Shown here: one piece after another, positions 12,817-21,785 of the stretch
Layout: every line of letters begins with the position of its first letter
Numbering within the stretch: position 1 is the stretch's first letter
Sequence record: GU911519.1
Source of the DNA: Acinetobacter phage Acj61
Strand: one strand, 5' to 3'
Length of the DNA: 64,000 bases
Position numbers and translations under genes: made by a program
The notes under the pieces: generated by a model
What the model was told of the DNA's origin: nothing
The model's input: the letters and a program-made list of their open reading frames with translations, nothing else
Database searches by the model: none

Positions 12817-13443
12817 ATGATTATTGATCAAACTGTTAAAGTTAAAATTGTCGCAAGTAACTTCAAATATTTTTCTGAACTTGGATATGAGTTGAAGAAG
12901 CTCGAACGTCGTGGTGCTAACCCTCAAATTCTTGATGTCAAAATTGAGCATTTGAAACCAGGATCAAATATGCAAGTTTCATGTCAATGTGATAGATGTT
13001 CAGAAGTGTACACGCAGAGATTCTGTCGAGACACTGACACCTGTTATGCATGTAGAAAACATTTAAGTCTTTTAGGTAACAAGCATGGTGCAGGTGGTGG
13101 ATATACTATCCCTTCTATGCAAGGCGAAAATCACCCTCGTTGGAACCCTAATAAATCTGAAAAACGAAAGTACACAAATGCGTGCAATAAAGTAACAGCA
13201 CAATTTGATTTAAGCGTACTTGAAAATTCTGATAAGCCTAGAGGTTTATGTGGTGTTGAAGGCGCATATCAACTTGATCATATCATTCCTATCCAATACG
13301 GATTTGAAAATAGTATCCCGCCAGAAATTATTGGACATATCGATAATCTCCAATTTATTCCATGGGAAGAAAATAATGCTAAACGAGACAAATTACTAAA
13401 GGAGATTCCTAATGGAATTGACCGATTTAACACGCGCGTTTGA
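12817..13443 (+). mobile_element. free-standing HNH-family homing endonuclease inserted between gp18 and gp19
   Basis: 208 aa. It has a zinc-ribbon CQCDRCSEV...CYACRKH, an HNH core AYQLDHIIPIQYG...GHIDNLQFIPWEENNAKRDK, and a basic N-terminal DNA-binding region. T4 has no gene at this position. Its 3' end overlaps the gp19 start by 32 nt. Confidence 0.75.
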
Positions 13444-13903
13444 GTCTGGCGACTTTGCACGTCCGAACTTGTTTGAAGTAGAAATCCCTTATCTTGGTAA
13501 GAATTTTAGCTTCAAATGTAAAGCTGCTGCGATGCCAGCTGCTAATGTAGACAAAATTGCTGTTGGCTACATGAACCGAAAATTAAACGTTGCTGGTGAC
13601 CGAACATTTGATGATTGGAACTGCACAATTTATTCTGATGACAAGCATGAAACACGTCAAGCGATTCTCGATTGGCAAAACATGGCACATGGTCAGGGTA
13701 ACGAAATCACTGGTGCTACACCGGCTGAGTACAAGAAACAAGCTATTGTTCGTCAATTTGCTCGTGATGGTAAGACAATTACAAAAGAGTACACCATCTA
13801 CGGTCTGTGGCCTACAGTTGTTGGTGAAGTACAACTTGACTGGGATACCAACTCAGAAGTTGAAACGTTCGAATCAACATTCGCATTAGACTGGTGGTTG
13901 TAA
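13412..13903 (+). CDS. gp19: tail tube protein gp19
   Basis: 163 aa, identical in length to T4 gp19. TRAFESGDFARPNLFEVEIPYLG aligns with T4 TRAFESGDFARPNLFQVEISYLG. An AAGGAG RBS precedes it. Confidence 0.95.
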   Translation: MELTDLTRAFESGDFARPNLFEVEIPYLGKNFSFKCKAAAMPAANVDKIAVGYMNRKLNVAGDRTFDDWNCTIYSDDKHETRQAILDWQNMAHGQGNEITGATPAEYKKQAIVRQFARDGKTITKEYTIYGLWPTVVGEVQLDWDTNSEVETFESTFALDWWL

Positions 13904-13923
13904 TCTGATGTGCACCTGATTGG

Positions 13924-13931
13924 TATAAATA
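13924..13931 (+). promoter_or_regulatory. late promoter TATAAATA for gp20
   Basis: An exact octamer lies 36 nt upstream of the corrected gp20 ATG at 13967. Confidence 0.6.
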
Positions 13932-13966
13932 ATCTTATCAATCGGGTGCAATCTGTAGGAGGATAT

Positions 13967-15532
13967 ATGCTAGGAGATCAAAACGTTTTAAAAATGTTTA
14001 GTTTTTGGCAGAAAGTAGACACCACAGAATACGACAACCTTATCAATAACAACTCAGAATCAATCACCGCTCCAAAATTTGATGACGGAGCTCAAGAAAT
14101 TGAGTCAGGCTCAGTTGAAGCAGCTTACACAGGTGTAATGCAGCAACTATATGGTGGTACTGATTCAAATGCGAAATCGACTCGTGAGTTAATTGACGTT
14201 TATCGTAGTTTGATGAATAACTACGAAGTTGATAATGCTGTTCAGGAAATCGTTTCCGATGCAGTTGTGTATGAAGAAGGGCATAATCCTGTCTCAATTG
14301 GTTTAGATCAAACTGGATTCAGTGCTAACATTAAAGACAAAATTTTAGAAGAGTTCAATGTCATTTTGAATTCGTTGAATTTCCAACGAAAGGGTGCTGA
14401 TCATTTCAGACGTTGGTATGTCGATTCTCGTGTGTTCTTCCACAAAATTATCGACCCTAAACGCCCTAAGGATGGTATTCTCGAACTTCGACGTCTCGAT
14501 CCGCGAAATGTTCAATTCATTCGTGAAATCGTAACTGAGAATGAGGCAGGTGTCAAAGTTGTTAAAGGCTATAAAGAGTACTTTATTTACGACACAGCCA
14601 ATGAATCGTATGCGTGTGGAGCTCAAATCTTTGCACCTGGTACCAAAATCAAGATTCCTTACTCGGCAATGGTCTATGCTCATTCTGGCTTAGTTGATTG
14701 TTGTGGTAAAAATATTATTGGCTACTTGCATCGTGCAATTAAGCCAGCGAACCAATTAAAAATGCTTGAAGATGCGATGGTAATTTATCGTATCACACGT
14801 GCACCTGATCGTCGAATTTTCTACATCGATACAGGGAACATGCCTTCTAAAAAGGCTGCTCAGCACATGCAGCACATTATGAATTCGATGCGAAATCGTG
14901 TAGTTTATGATGCTGCTACAGGTAAAATCAAAAATAATCAGAACAACATGGCGTTGACTGAAGATTATTGGTTGCAACGACGTGATGGTAAGGCTGTTAC
15001 TGAAGTTGATACATTGCCTGGTATGACGGGAATGAATGAGATGGATGACATCTTATACTTCCGTAAAGCTCTTTATATGGCTCTTCGTGTGCCTTTATCT
15101 CGTATCCCAGACGAACAGACTCAATCAATGTTCGATGCAGGTACAACGATTTCACGTGATGAGTTGCAATTTGACAAATTTATTGCTTCGCTTCAACATA
15201 AGTTTGAAGAGATTTTTCTCAATCCTCTTAAGTCGAACCTATTGCTTAAACGCATTATCACAGACGATGAGTGGAAAGACGAAATAAATAATATAAAGAT
15301 TGTGTTCCACAAAGATTCGTATTTCGCTGAATTGAAAGACGTTGAACTTGACGAACGCAGAATCAACATTCTATCTTTAGCAGAACCGTATGTTGGTAAG
15401 TACATTTCTCACCAAACAGCGATGCGTAAGTACTTACGTATGTCTGACGAAGACATTGAGACCGAGCAAAAGCTAATTAAAGAAGAATTGTCGAACAAAA
15501 TTTTTAATCCACCAGACGAAGAGGAAATCTAA
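13967..15532 (+). CDS. gp20: portal vertex protein gp20
   Basis: 521 aa from the ATG at 13967, which has a [42 protein letters not shown] aligns with T4 gp20 [33 protein letters not shown]. The track start at 13910 is upstream of the late promoter and is rejected. Confidence 0.95.
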   Translation: MLGDQNVLKMFSFWQKVDTTEYDNLINNNSESITAPKFDDGAQEIESGSVEAAYTGVMQQLYGGTDSNAKSTRELIDVYRSLMNNYEVDNAVQEIVSDAVVYEEGHNPVSIGLDQTGFSANIKDKILEEFNVILNSLNFQRKGADHFRRWYVDSRVFFHKIIDPKRPKDGILELRRLDPRNVQFIREIVTENEAGVKVVKGYKEYFIYDTANESYACGAQIFAPGTKIKIPYSAMVYAHSGLVDCCGKNIIGYLHRAIKPANQLKMLEDAMVIYRITRAPDRRIFYIDTGNMPSKKAAQHMQHIMNSMRNRVVYDAATGKIKNNQNNMALTEDYWLQRRDGKAVTEVDTLPGMTGMNEMDDILYFRKALYMALRVPLSRIPDEQTQSMFDAGTTISRDELQFDKFIASLQHKFEEIFLNPLKSNLLLKRIITDDEWKDEINNIKIVFHKDSYFAELKDVELDERRINILSLAEPYVGKYISHQTAMRKYLRMSDEDIETEQKLIKEELSNKIFNPPDEEEI

Positions 15533-15756
15533 TGGATGATCTAATTCAAGCCATTGCTTCCAGCGATTTTGTTAAAGTAAAGCAATGTTTTAATGAAGCG
15601 ATGGAACAGCGTAAAGAGTCAGTTATTGCTGAACAACGCAAACTCATTGCATCAAGCGTTATGATCGAAGGCGAAGTAGTTGTTGAAGCCGAAGACGACG
15701 TTGATGACGATGGCAAAACTAAAGACGAAGATGACGAAGATGACGAGGACGAGTAA
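15532..15756 (+). CDS. gp67: prohead core protein gp67 (acidic C-terminus)
   Basis: 74 aa with a poly-D/E C-terminal tail. It lies between gp20 and gp68 as in T4. Confidence 0.75.
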   Translation: MDDLIQAIASSDFVKVKQCFNEAMEQRKESVIAEQRKLIASSVMIEGEVVVEAEDDVDDDGKTKDEDDEDDEDE

Positions 15757-16175
15757 TGATTATTGTCGAAAACCAAGTTGTTTTTGATGACGTTAATGCC
15801 TTGCTACCTGAAGCCCAGTCTCGTTTTGATAGCCTTTCAAAGGTGTTTAGCCAAGACGAGATTCGTTCTTTGACTGAAAATTTGGTAAAATCAGAACCAT
15901 TAGTTGCTATTGCGCTCGGTTCGATTAACGAAAATATTCAGTTGAATGAGTTCATTGTTAAACATGTATCCGCTAAGGGTGAAGTTACAAAAACTCAAGA
16001 CCGAAAAACTCGTGAACGTAAAGCGTTCCAAACAACTGGCCTTTCAAAATCAGCACGTCGTCAAATTGCTCGCAAGGCTGCCAAGACAAAAAAGGCTAAT
16101 CCATCTGAAAAAGTTCGCACTGTCAAAAAACACAAAAAGGCGATGGATAAGCGTAAACGATTAGGACTTGACTAA
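15756..16175 (+). CDS. gp68: prohead core protein gp68
   Basis: 139 aa, versus 141 aa for T4 gp68. It has a basic C-terminus, TAATG overlaps on both sides, and the expected synteny. Confidence 0.75.
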   Translation: MIIVENQVVFDDVNALLPEAQSRFDSLSKVFSQDEIRSLTENLVKSEPLVAIALGSINENIQLNEFIVKHVSAKGEVTKTQDRKTRERKAFQTTGLSKSARRQIARKAAKTKKANPSEKVRTVKKHKKAMDKRKRLGLD

Positions 16176-16819
16176 TGACACAAGAACTCCAATTGCTCGT
16201 TGAGCATTGGGGTCAGCCTTACGATGTATCAGAAATCAAAGCTACTCAGTTAGATGAATCTTCATCAACTGGACTGCGACCTGGGCTGTACATTGAAGGA
16301 ATTTTCTTGCAAGCCAACGTTGTGAATCGAAACAAGCGAATGTACCCGAAGTCAATTTTGGAACAAGCGATTGATCGTTATATGACTGAGCAAGTGAAGA
16401 CCTGTCAAGCTTTAGGTGAATTAAATCATCCACCTCGAGCTATGGTTGACCCAATGCAAGCTGCCATTATTATCGAAGATATGTGGTGGGAAGGCGATAA
16501 TGTTTATGGTCGGGCTCGAGTCGTCGAAGGCGATAACGGAGCTGGAGATAAATTAGCCGCATTGATTCGTGCTGGGTGGAAACCTGGTGTATCGAGTCGT
16601 GGACTCGGACAAGTCAAATCTTCAGGACGAGGTTATAATATCGTTCAGGAAGGATTCCGTCTCACCGTAGGTGTGGACGTAGTTTGGGGACCTAGTGCTC
16701 CAGATGCATGGGTAACTCCTAAAGAGATTACCGAAAGCGTTGTGGAAGACACAGTGGTTACAAAACCAAGCGCTGATTCTGCATTTAATTCTCTCATTGA
16801 GAACATGAATGCGTTATAA
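16175..16819 (+). CDS. gp21: prohead core protease gp21
   Basis: 214 aa, versus 212 aa for T4 gp21. A catalytic His/Ser-containing core LGELNHPPR is present. It lies between gp68 and gp22. Confidence 0.85.
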   Translation: MTQELQLLVEHWGQPYDVSEIKATQLDESSSTGLRPGLYIEGIFLQANVVNRNKRMYPKSILEQAIDRYMTEQVKTCQALGELNHPPRAMVDPMQAAIIIEDMWWEGDNVYGRARVVEGDNGAGDKLAALIRAGWKPGVSSRGLGQVKSSGRGYNIVQEGFRLTVGVDVVWGPSAPDAWVTPKEITESVVEDTVVTKPSADSAFNSLIENMNAL

Positions 16820-16822
16820 ATA
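16815..16822 (+). promoter_or_regulatory. late promoter TATAAATA for gp22
   Basis: An exact octamer overlaps the gp21 stop, 29 nt upstream of the gp22 ATG. Confidence 0.6.
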
Positions 16823-16850
16823 AAATTATACAAAATCACAGGAACTTGAA

Positions 16851-17675
16851 ATGCTGAAAGATCAATTACTTAAAGAAGCTCAAGAAATTGAAGCTTCTGT
16901 AGAATTAGACAGTATTTTTGAATCAGTAGAACTTTCTGAAGATGTTAAAAGCAAATTCAGCACTGTATTCGAATCTACCGTCAAAAAACACGCTATTGCG
17001 TTAGCGGAAAGCCACATCATTGCAATCGCTGAAAAAGCTGATGCTCTAGTCGAATCACAAGTTGAAGCTAAGGCAACTGAAGCTGAGCAAAAATTTGTTG
17101 AAAAAGCCGACAAATTTTTCGAGCACATCGCAAAAGAATGGCTTACTGAAAACCAAGTCGAAATCCATAAAGGCATCAAAGCTGACTTATTTGAGTCAAT
17201 GTTCAGTGGTCTTAAGACTTTAGTCGTTGAACATAATGTTGTACTTCCTGAAGAATCTGTTGACATCGTTGCAGAAATGGAAGACGAACTTACTGAATCT
17301 AAGCAAGAAGCAACAAACTTGTTTGAACAAACAGTTGCACTTCGTAAAGAAGTTGATACACTTAAACGTGATCAAGCTATTGTTGAAGCAACCCGCGAAT
17401 TGACTGAAAGCCAAAAAGAAAAGGTAGAAGGTTTGATCGAAGGACTTGCGTATAGCGATTCATTTGAGACCAAATTGACTGCTATCGTCGAAATGGCTAC
17501 TGCCGCTAAGACTGCAGAAAAACCACTCGTTGAAAGCGAAATAAATAAAAATGTAACTGCTGACACGCCAGATGGCCTTGATTATGTTGTTGAAGCTGTT
17601 GAACCAGCATCAGACACTAAGGCAACTACTTCACCACGTATGTCATCATATGTGAACTCAGCAACTCGTATCTAA
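16851..17675 (+). CDS. gp22: prohead scaffolding core protein gp22
   Basis: 274 aa, versus 269 aa for T4 gp22. It is highly alpha-helical and rich in E, K and A, as is typical of the scaffold. Confidence 0.85.
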   Translation: MLKDQLLKEAQEIEASVELDSIFESVELSEDVKSKFSTVFESTVKKHAIALAESHIIAIAEKADALVESQVEAKATEAEQKFVEKADKFFEHIAKEWLTENQVEIHKGIKADLFESMFSGLKTLVVEHNVVLPEESVDIVAEMEDELTESKQEATNLFEQTVALRKEVDTLKRDQAIVEATRELTESQKEKVEGLIEGLAYSDSFETKLTAIVEMATAAKTAEKPLVESEINKNVTADTPDGLDYVVEAVEPASDTKATTSPRMSSYVNSATRI

Positions 17676-17700
17676 TTTTCTACCACAGGTAATTTAACAC

Positions 17701-19275
17701 ATGTCTACTCAAATCAAAACTAAAGCACAACTTGTTGCAGATTGGAAACCTCTTTTAGAAGCTGAAGGCGCTCCAGAGATTGCACAAGGCAAACATGCGA
17801 TCATCGCAAAAATGTTCGAAAACCAAGAAGCCGATATCAAATCTGATGCTGCTTATCGTGATGAAAAACTTGCTGAAGCATTCGGTGGTTTTTTAACTGA
17901 AGCGGAAATTGGCGGAGACCATGGTTACGATCCTCAAAATATCGCAGCTGGTCAAACTTCTGGTGCTGTAACCCAGATCGGGCCTGCAGTCATGGGTATG
18001 GTACGTCGTGCAATTCCTAACTTAATTGCATTCGATATCTGTGGTGTACAACCTATGCAAGGTCCGACTGGTCAAGTATTTGCTCTTCGCGCTGTATATG
18101 GCAAAGACCCAATCGCTGCTGGTGCTAAAGAAGCATTCCACCCAATGTATGCACCAGATGCAATGTTCTCTGGTCGTGGTTCGCACGAAGTATTTGCACC
18201 ACTTGCATCAGGCACTGTAGTTGCTCAAGGTACTATCTACAAACACGAATTTGTAGCAACTGGTACTGCATTCCTTCAAGCAACTGGCGCTGTAACATTG
18301 GCTACAACTGCTGATGCTGCTGAACTTGATGCTGAAGTTATTAAGCAAATGGATGCTGGTATTCTCGTTGAAATTGCTGAAGGTATGGCTACTTCAATCG
18401 CGGAATTGCAAGAAGGCTTCAATGGCTCAAATAACAACCCATGGAATGAAATGGGCTTCCGTATCGATAAGCAAGTTATCGAAGCTAAATCTCGTCAATT
18501 GAAAGCTCAATACTCAATTGAACTTGCTCAAGACTTACGCGCTGTACATGGTATGGATGCCGATGCTGAGCTTGCAAACATTCTTGCTACTGAGATCATG
18601 TTGGAAATCAACCGTGAAGTTATCGATTGGATTAACTACTCAGCACAAGTTGGTAAAACTGGTCAAACATTGACAGTTGGTTCTAAAGCCGGTGTATTCG
18701 ACTTCCAAGACCCTATCGATGTACGTGGTGCTCGTTGGGCTGGTGAATCATTCAAAGCGTTACTGTTCCAAATCGACAAAGAATCTGCAGAGATTGCTCG
18801 TCAAACTGGACGTGGTGCTGGTAACTTCATCATCGCTTCTCGTAACGTAGTTAACGTATTAGCTTCAGTTGATACAAGCGTTACTCCAGCTGCACAAGGT
18901 CTTGCACGTGGTCTTAACACAGACACTACCAAAGCGGTATTTGCCGGTATTCTTGGTGGTCGTTATAAAGTGTACATTGACCAATATGCACGTCAAGATT
19001 ACTTCACAATTGGCTACAAAGGTGATAACGAAATGGATGCTGGTATCTACTACGCTCCGTACGTTGCCTTGACACCTTTACGTGGTGCTGATCCGAAGAA
19101 CTTCCAACCAGTATTGGGCTTCAAAACTCGTTACGGTATTGGTATCAACCCATTAGCTGATACAGCTGCTCAGCAACCTGCTGGTAATGCACGTATCGCA
19201 AACGGTATGCCATCAATTGCTAACTCTGTTGGTAAAAATGGTTACTTCCGTCGTGTACTTGTTAAAGGCATCTAA
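17701..19275 (+). CDS. gp23: major capsid protein gp23
   Basis: 524 aa, versus 521 aa for T4 gp23. It lies between gp22 and gp24 and is followed by a strong terminator. Confidence 0.9.
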   Translation: MSTQIKTKAQLVADWKPLLEAEGAPEIAQGKHAIIAKMFENQEADIKSDAAYRDEKLAEAFGGFLTEAEIGGDHGYDPQNIAAGQTSGAVTQIGPAVMGMVRRAIPNLIAFDICGVQPMQGPTGQVFALRAVYGKDPIAAGAKEAFHPMYAPDAMFSGRGSHEVFAPLASGTVVAQGTIYKHEFVATGTAFLQATGAVTLATTADAAELDAEVIKQMDAGILVEIAEGMATSIAELQEGFNGSNNNPWNEMGFRIDKQVIEAKSRQLKAQYSIELAQDLRAVHGMDADAELANILATEIMLEINREVIDWINYSAQVGKTGQTLTVGSKAGVFDFQDPIDVRGARWAGESFKALLFQIDKESAEIARQTGRGAGNFIIASRNVVNVLASVDTSVTPAAQGLARGLNTDTTKAVFAGILGGRYKVYIDQYARQDYFTIGYKGDNEMDAGIYYAPYVALTPLRGADPKNFQPVLGFKTRYGIGINPLADTAAQQPAGNARIANGMPSIANSVGKNGYFRRVLVKGI

Positions 19276-19292
19276 TAGCTTTAACTGATGAA

Positions 19293-19318
19293 CAGGAGCC
19301 TTATGGCTCCTGTTTTGC
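19293..19318 (+). terminator. rho-independent terminator after gp23
   Basis: The stem CAGGAGCC ttat GGCTCCTG is followed by TTTTGCAT. Confidence 0.75.
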
Positions 19319-19358
19319 ATTCCGGGTAATAAATACTCCTATATAACGAGAGATCACT

Positions 19359-20651
19359 ATGTCAATTTCAAACCTATTAAGTGAGTCAAACACAACTATT
19401 TCTAATGCACAAGGACGCCCTGCATTACTAGCGTTGACTCGAGCTACAACAAAATTGATTTATCAAGATTTAGTAGCAACACAATATACAAATCAGCCAA
19501 CAGCTGCGTTGTACGGCGTCAAATATTTAAACCCTAACAAAGAACTGTCATTCGTCACTGGTGCCACTTATTCAGGCCAATATGGTTCTAAAGACCGTGA
19601 AACCCTTGAAGAAATCACAACTGCAAACAAAGATTCGTTTACAAAAGGTAAACTATTCTTGTTCCAAGATGTTGTGTTCAAAAGTCTTTCTGATACTCCT
19701 TTCGCAGGCAGCACAGAAACAGAGATTTTCGATATCATCTCTGAAGCTAATGCAGCATCAACTATTCGTATGGCCCCTGAAGCAGCAGACACGTCCAAAT
19801 TTGAAACTCCAACCGGTGATGTCTCTGCAGCAGGATTTGTTGTCAATAAATGGCAAGCACCTGTCAAATCTCGTAAGTTTAAAACCGAGTTGACTGTTGA
19901 ATTAGCACAAGACATGGAAGCTGCTGGTTTTGATGCACCTACTATGCTAGAAGATATTCTTGCTACGCAAATGGCAGAAGAAGTAAACAAAGATGTTTTG
20001 CAATCACTTGTGACTGTTTCTAGTCGATTCAAAGTGAATGGTGTTTCTGACAAAGGCGTACTTGATCTTTCAACACTCGGTAGTTCAGTTGACCAGGCTC
20101 GTAACTTGTATCGATTCATTTGTGAAATGAATGCATCAATTCAACGTGCTACATCATACTCTGCTACATACGTAGTTGCCTCATCACGCGTTGCAGCTTT
20201 ACTAGCTTCTTCTGGCTGGTTACAACAAAAAGAAGGACAACCTGAAACATGTTATGGTGTTCTAAATAATAGTTTAGTTGTGTACTGCGATAACAACAGC
20301 CCAGTCGAATATGTCATCGTTGGTGTTAAAGATTCATACGGTCCTGAAGAAATGATTGGTTCGTTATTCTATGCACCGTATGCTGAAGGATTATCTAAAG
20401 ATGCTGACCCAACTGATCATATTGGAGCATACAAAGTCATCAATGATCCTGATAGTTTACAACCAAAATTAATGCTCTTGATTCGTTATGCACTTTGTGT
20501 TAATCCATACACAATGGGTCTAACTGATGAAGAAGCTCGAATTATCGATGCATCAGATATCGATAATTTCGCTGGTCGCAGCCAGATGTCAGTTTTCCTT
20601 GGTGTCAAATTACCAAAACTTAAAGGTGACGAATTACCAAAACAGGACTGA
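19359..20651 (+). CDS. gp24: capsid vertex protein gp24
   Basis: 430 aa, versus 427 aa for T4 gp24. It is a gp23 paralog at the expected position. Confidence 0.85.
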   Translation: MSISNLLSESNTTISNAQGRPALLALTRATTKLIYQDLVATQYTNQPTAALYGVKYLNPNKELSFVTGATYSGQYGSKDRETLEEITTANKDSFTKGKLFLFQDVVFKSLSDTPFAGSTETEIFDIISEANAASTIRMAPEAADTSKFETPTGDVSAAGFVVNKWQAPVKSRKFKTELTVELAQDMEAAGFDAPTMLEDILATQMAEEVNKDVLQSLVTVSSRFKVNGVSDKGVLDLSTLGSSVDQARNLYRFICEMNASIQRATSYSATYVVASSRVAALLASSGWLQQKEGQPETCYGVLNNSLVVYCDNNSPVEYVIVGVKDSYGPEEMIGSLFYAPYAEGLSKDADPTDHIGAYKVINDPDSLQPKLMLLIRYALCVNPYTMGLTDEEARIIDASDIDNFAGRSQMSVFLGVKLPKLKGDELPKQD

Positions 20652-20660
20652 ATAATACAT

Positions 20661-20694
20661 ACCGCAATGGGACTCATATGAGTCCCATTGCGGT
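20661..20694. terminator. 16-bp perfect palindromic hairpin centred on CATATG, between the convergent gp24 and the 106-aa ORF
   Basis: The sequence is ACCGCAATGGGACTCA TA TGAGTCCCATTGCGGT. The last 6 codons of the minus-strand ORF lie in the stem. Confidence 0.55.
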
Positions 20695-20994
20695 ATTAGT
20701 CACCCCATAAATGATGCCATGTTCAAGTGCAGATCGATGTACAATCCGTCCATGACGAGATTCTTGTACATCAACTTCTGGATAGTCAGTAATCATTTTT
20801 GCAAGTGCTGCAAGATGTGGTTTGTATTTGCTATCCTCAGGAGGATCCTTCCAATCTTTGCCTTCACTTGTGAGTTTTTCAATTTCATCCATAACCCACC
20901 AACCTACCCAGATGTATGCTGAATTACGGCAAGGCAAAGGATGAATTACAGGTGGTTTGTCTTTTTCTACCATTGAGTTGTTCGGTGTAGCCAT
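20674..20994 (-). CDS. hypothetical Trp-rich protein, a paralog of the C-terminal domain of the adjacent 219-aa ORF
   Basis: 106 aa. A GGAGA RBS precedes it. The motif WVGWWVMDEIEKL...KDWKDPP resembles WWIYDWITKNPQWKTDP in the upstream gene. Confidence 0.55.
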   Translation of the reverse strand: MATPNNSMVEKDKPPVIHPLPCRNSAYIWVGWWVMDEIEKLTSEGKDWKDPPEDSKYKPHLAALAKMITDYPEVDVQESRHGRIVHRSALEHGIIYGVTNTAMGLI

Positions 20995-21007
20995 ATTATC
21001 TCCAAAA

Positions 21008-21026
21008 GGGCCCGAAGGCCCGTGGT
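21008..21026 (-). terminator. terminator hairpin GGGCCCGAAGGCCC plus T-run on the minus strand, between the two paralogous ORFs
   Basis: On the minus strand the hairpin is followed by TTTTGG. It lies directly 3' of the 219-aa gene. Confidence 0.55.
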
Positions 21027-21685
21027 TATTCTAGTACAACAAAGCTTGAATTTCGAGTTTCTCGAATTCGTACAAATCCATCACGTTGGATGTAATAGAT
21101 TAAGCTTAAAAGTGTTTTCACTCCATGAAAATCATGGAATGAATTTGGATCGGTTTTCCATTGTGGATTTTTAGTGATCCAATCATAAATCCACCAAGGC
21201 AGTGTCACATACGCTGTGTGAGCACGTCCTAGCATTTGAATAGTCGGAGAAAAATTTGGTGGCAATTGGAATGCTGGCTGTTCAACAACTTCTTGAACTT
21301 CAGGTTCGTCTTGCTTAATTTCTTCCTTTTGTTCGACAACTTCAACTTGTTCCGTTGGAGCTGTCTCTACAGGTTTTTCTTCAACAATTTCACCACGAAG
21401 AGCAGCAAGTGCTGATTCTTTGGCTTCACCTTCAAAAACTGATTTGCCTGAAATTTCATCACTTGCTTGAATTAAGTCAGTGATTGTTAAACCTTCAGAA
21501 GGCTGTTCTGGCATTGGTTCATTAGCAAGCTTGGCCAATTCATCTTTGATGTCAGCAACCATGTTGTCGAATGAACGAGTTTTCTTTACGGAAATGTTGA
21601 ACTGAGCTGCATACTCAGCGAGTTTCTCTTTAGATTCTTTAACACCTAAAGTTTTGATTTCATCAATGTACGCTTTATCTAACAT
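21026..21685 (-). CDS. hypothetical late protein with an N-terminal helical domain, an acidic E/Q/V-rich linker and a C-terminal Trp-rich domain
   Basis: 219 aa. An exact TATAAATA lies on the minus strand 28 nt upstream (21713-21720). It occupies the slot where T4 has rnlB/hoc/inh. Confidence 0.55.
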   Translation of the reverse strand: MLDKAYIDEIKTLGVKESKEKLAEYAAQFNISVKKTRSFDNMVADIKDELAKLANEPMPEQPSEGLTITDLIQASDEISGKSVFEGEAKESALAALRGEIVEEKPVETAPTEQVEVVEQKEEIKQDEPEVQEVVEQPAFQLPPNFSPTIQMLGRAHTAYVTLPWWIYDWITKNPQWKTDPNSFHDFHGVKTLLSLIYYIQRDGFVRIRETRNSSFVVLE

Positions 21686-21712
21686 AAGAAATTTTCCATG
21701 TGTAATATGATT

Positions 21713-21739
21713 TATTTATACTATTGATGTTTATAAATA
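21713..21739. promoter_or_regulatory. divergent back-to-back late promoters: TATAAATA on the minus strand (21713-21720) for the 219-aa ORF, and TATAAATA on the plus strand (21732-21739) for uvsW
   Basis: Both octamers are exact and 11 nt apart. Confidence 0.55.
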
Positions 21740-21785
21740 CTTTTATCATTTCCACTAGTATGGATTGCAAATTAGGAAACTTATC

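Noticed and set aside
12559-12951. 130-aa minus-strand ORF spanning the gp18 3' end and HNH 5' end
   Set aside because: It crosses the palindrome and promoter region and is antisense to two supported genes.
15690-15756. GAC/GAA/GAT tandem codon repeats at the gp67 C-terminus resembling a short tandem repeat
   Set aside because: They encode the expected poly-Asp/Glu tail of prohead core protein gp67. This is not a CRISPR or VNTR element.
16880-17266. 128-aa minus-strand ORF inside gp22
   Set aside because: It is antisense to the scaffold gene. The Ser-rich translation is a frame artefact.
19320-19358. Late promoter for gp24 (GGTAATAAATACTCC) and for gp23 (17676-17700)
   Set aside because: The sequence is similar but not an exact TATAAATA octamer. 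It is left uncalled. gp23 and gp24 may rely on read-through or variant late promoters.
19568-20119. 183-aa minus-strand ORF inside gp24
   Set aside because: It is entirely antisense to the well-supported gp24 coding sequence. It has no RBS or promoter and an Ala/Ser-rich low-complexity translation typical of an antisense frame.
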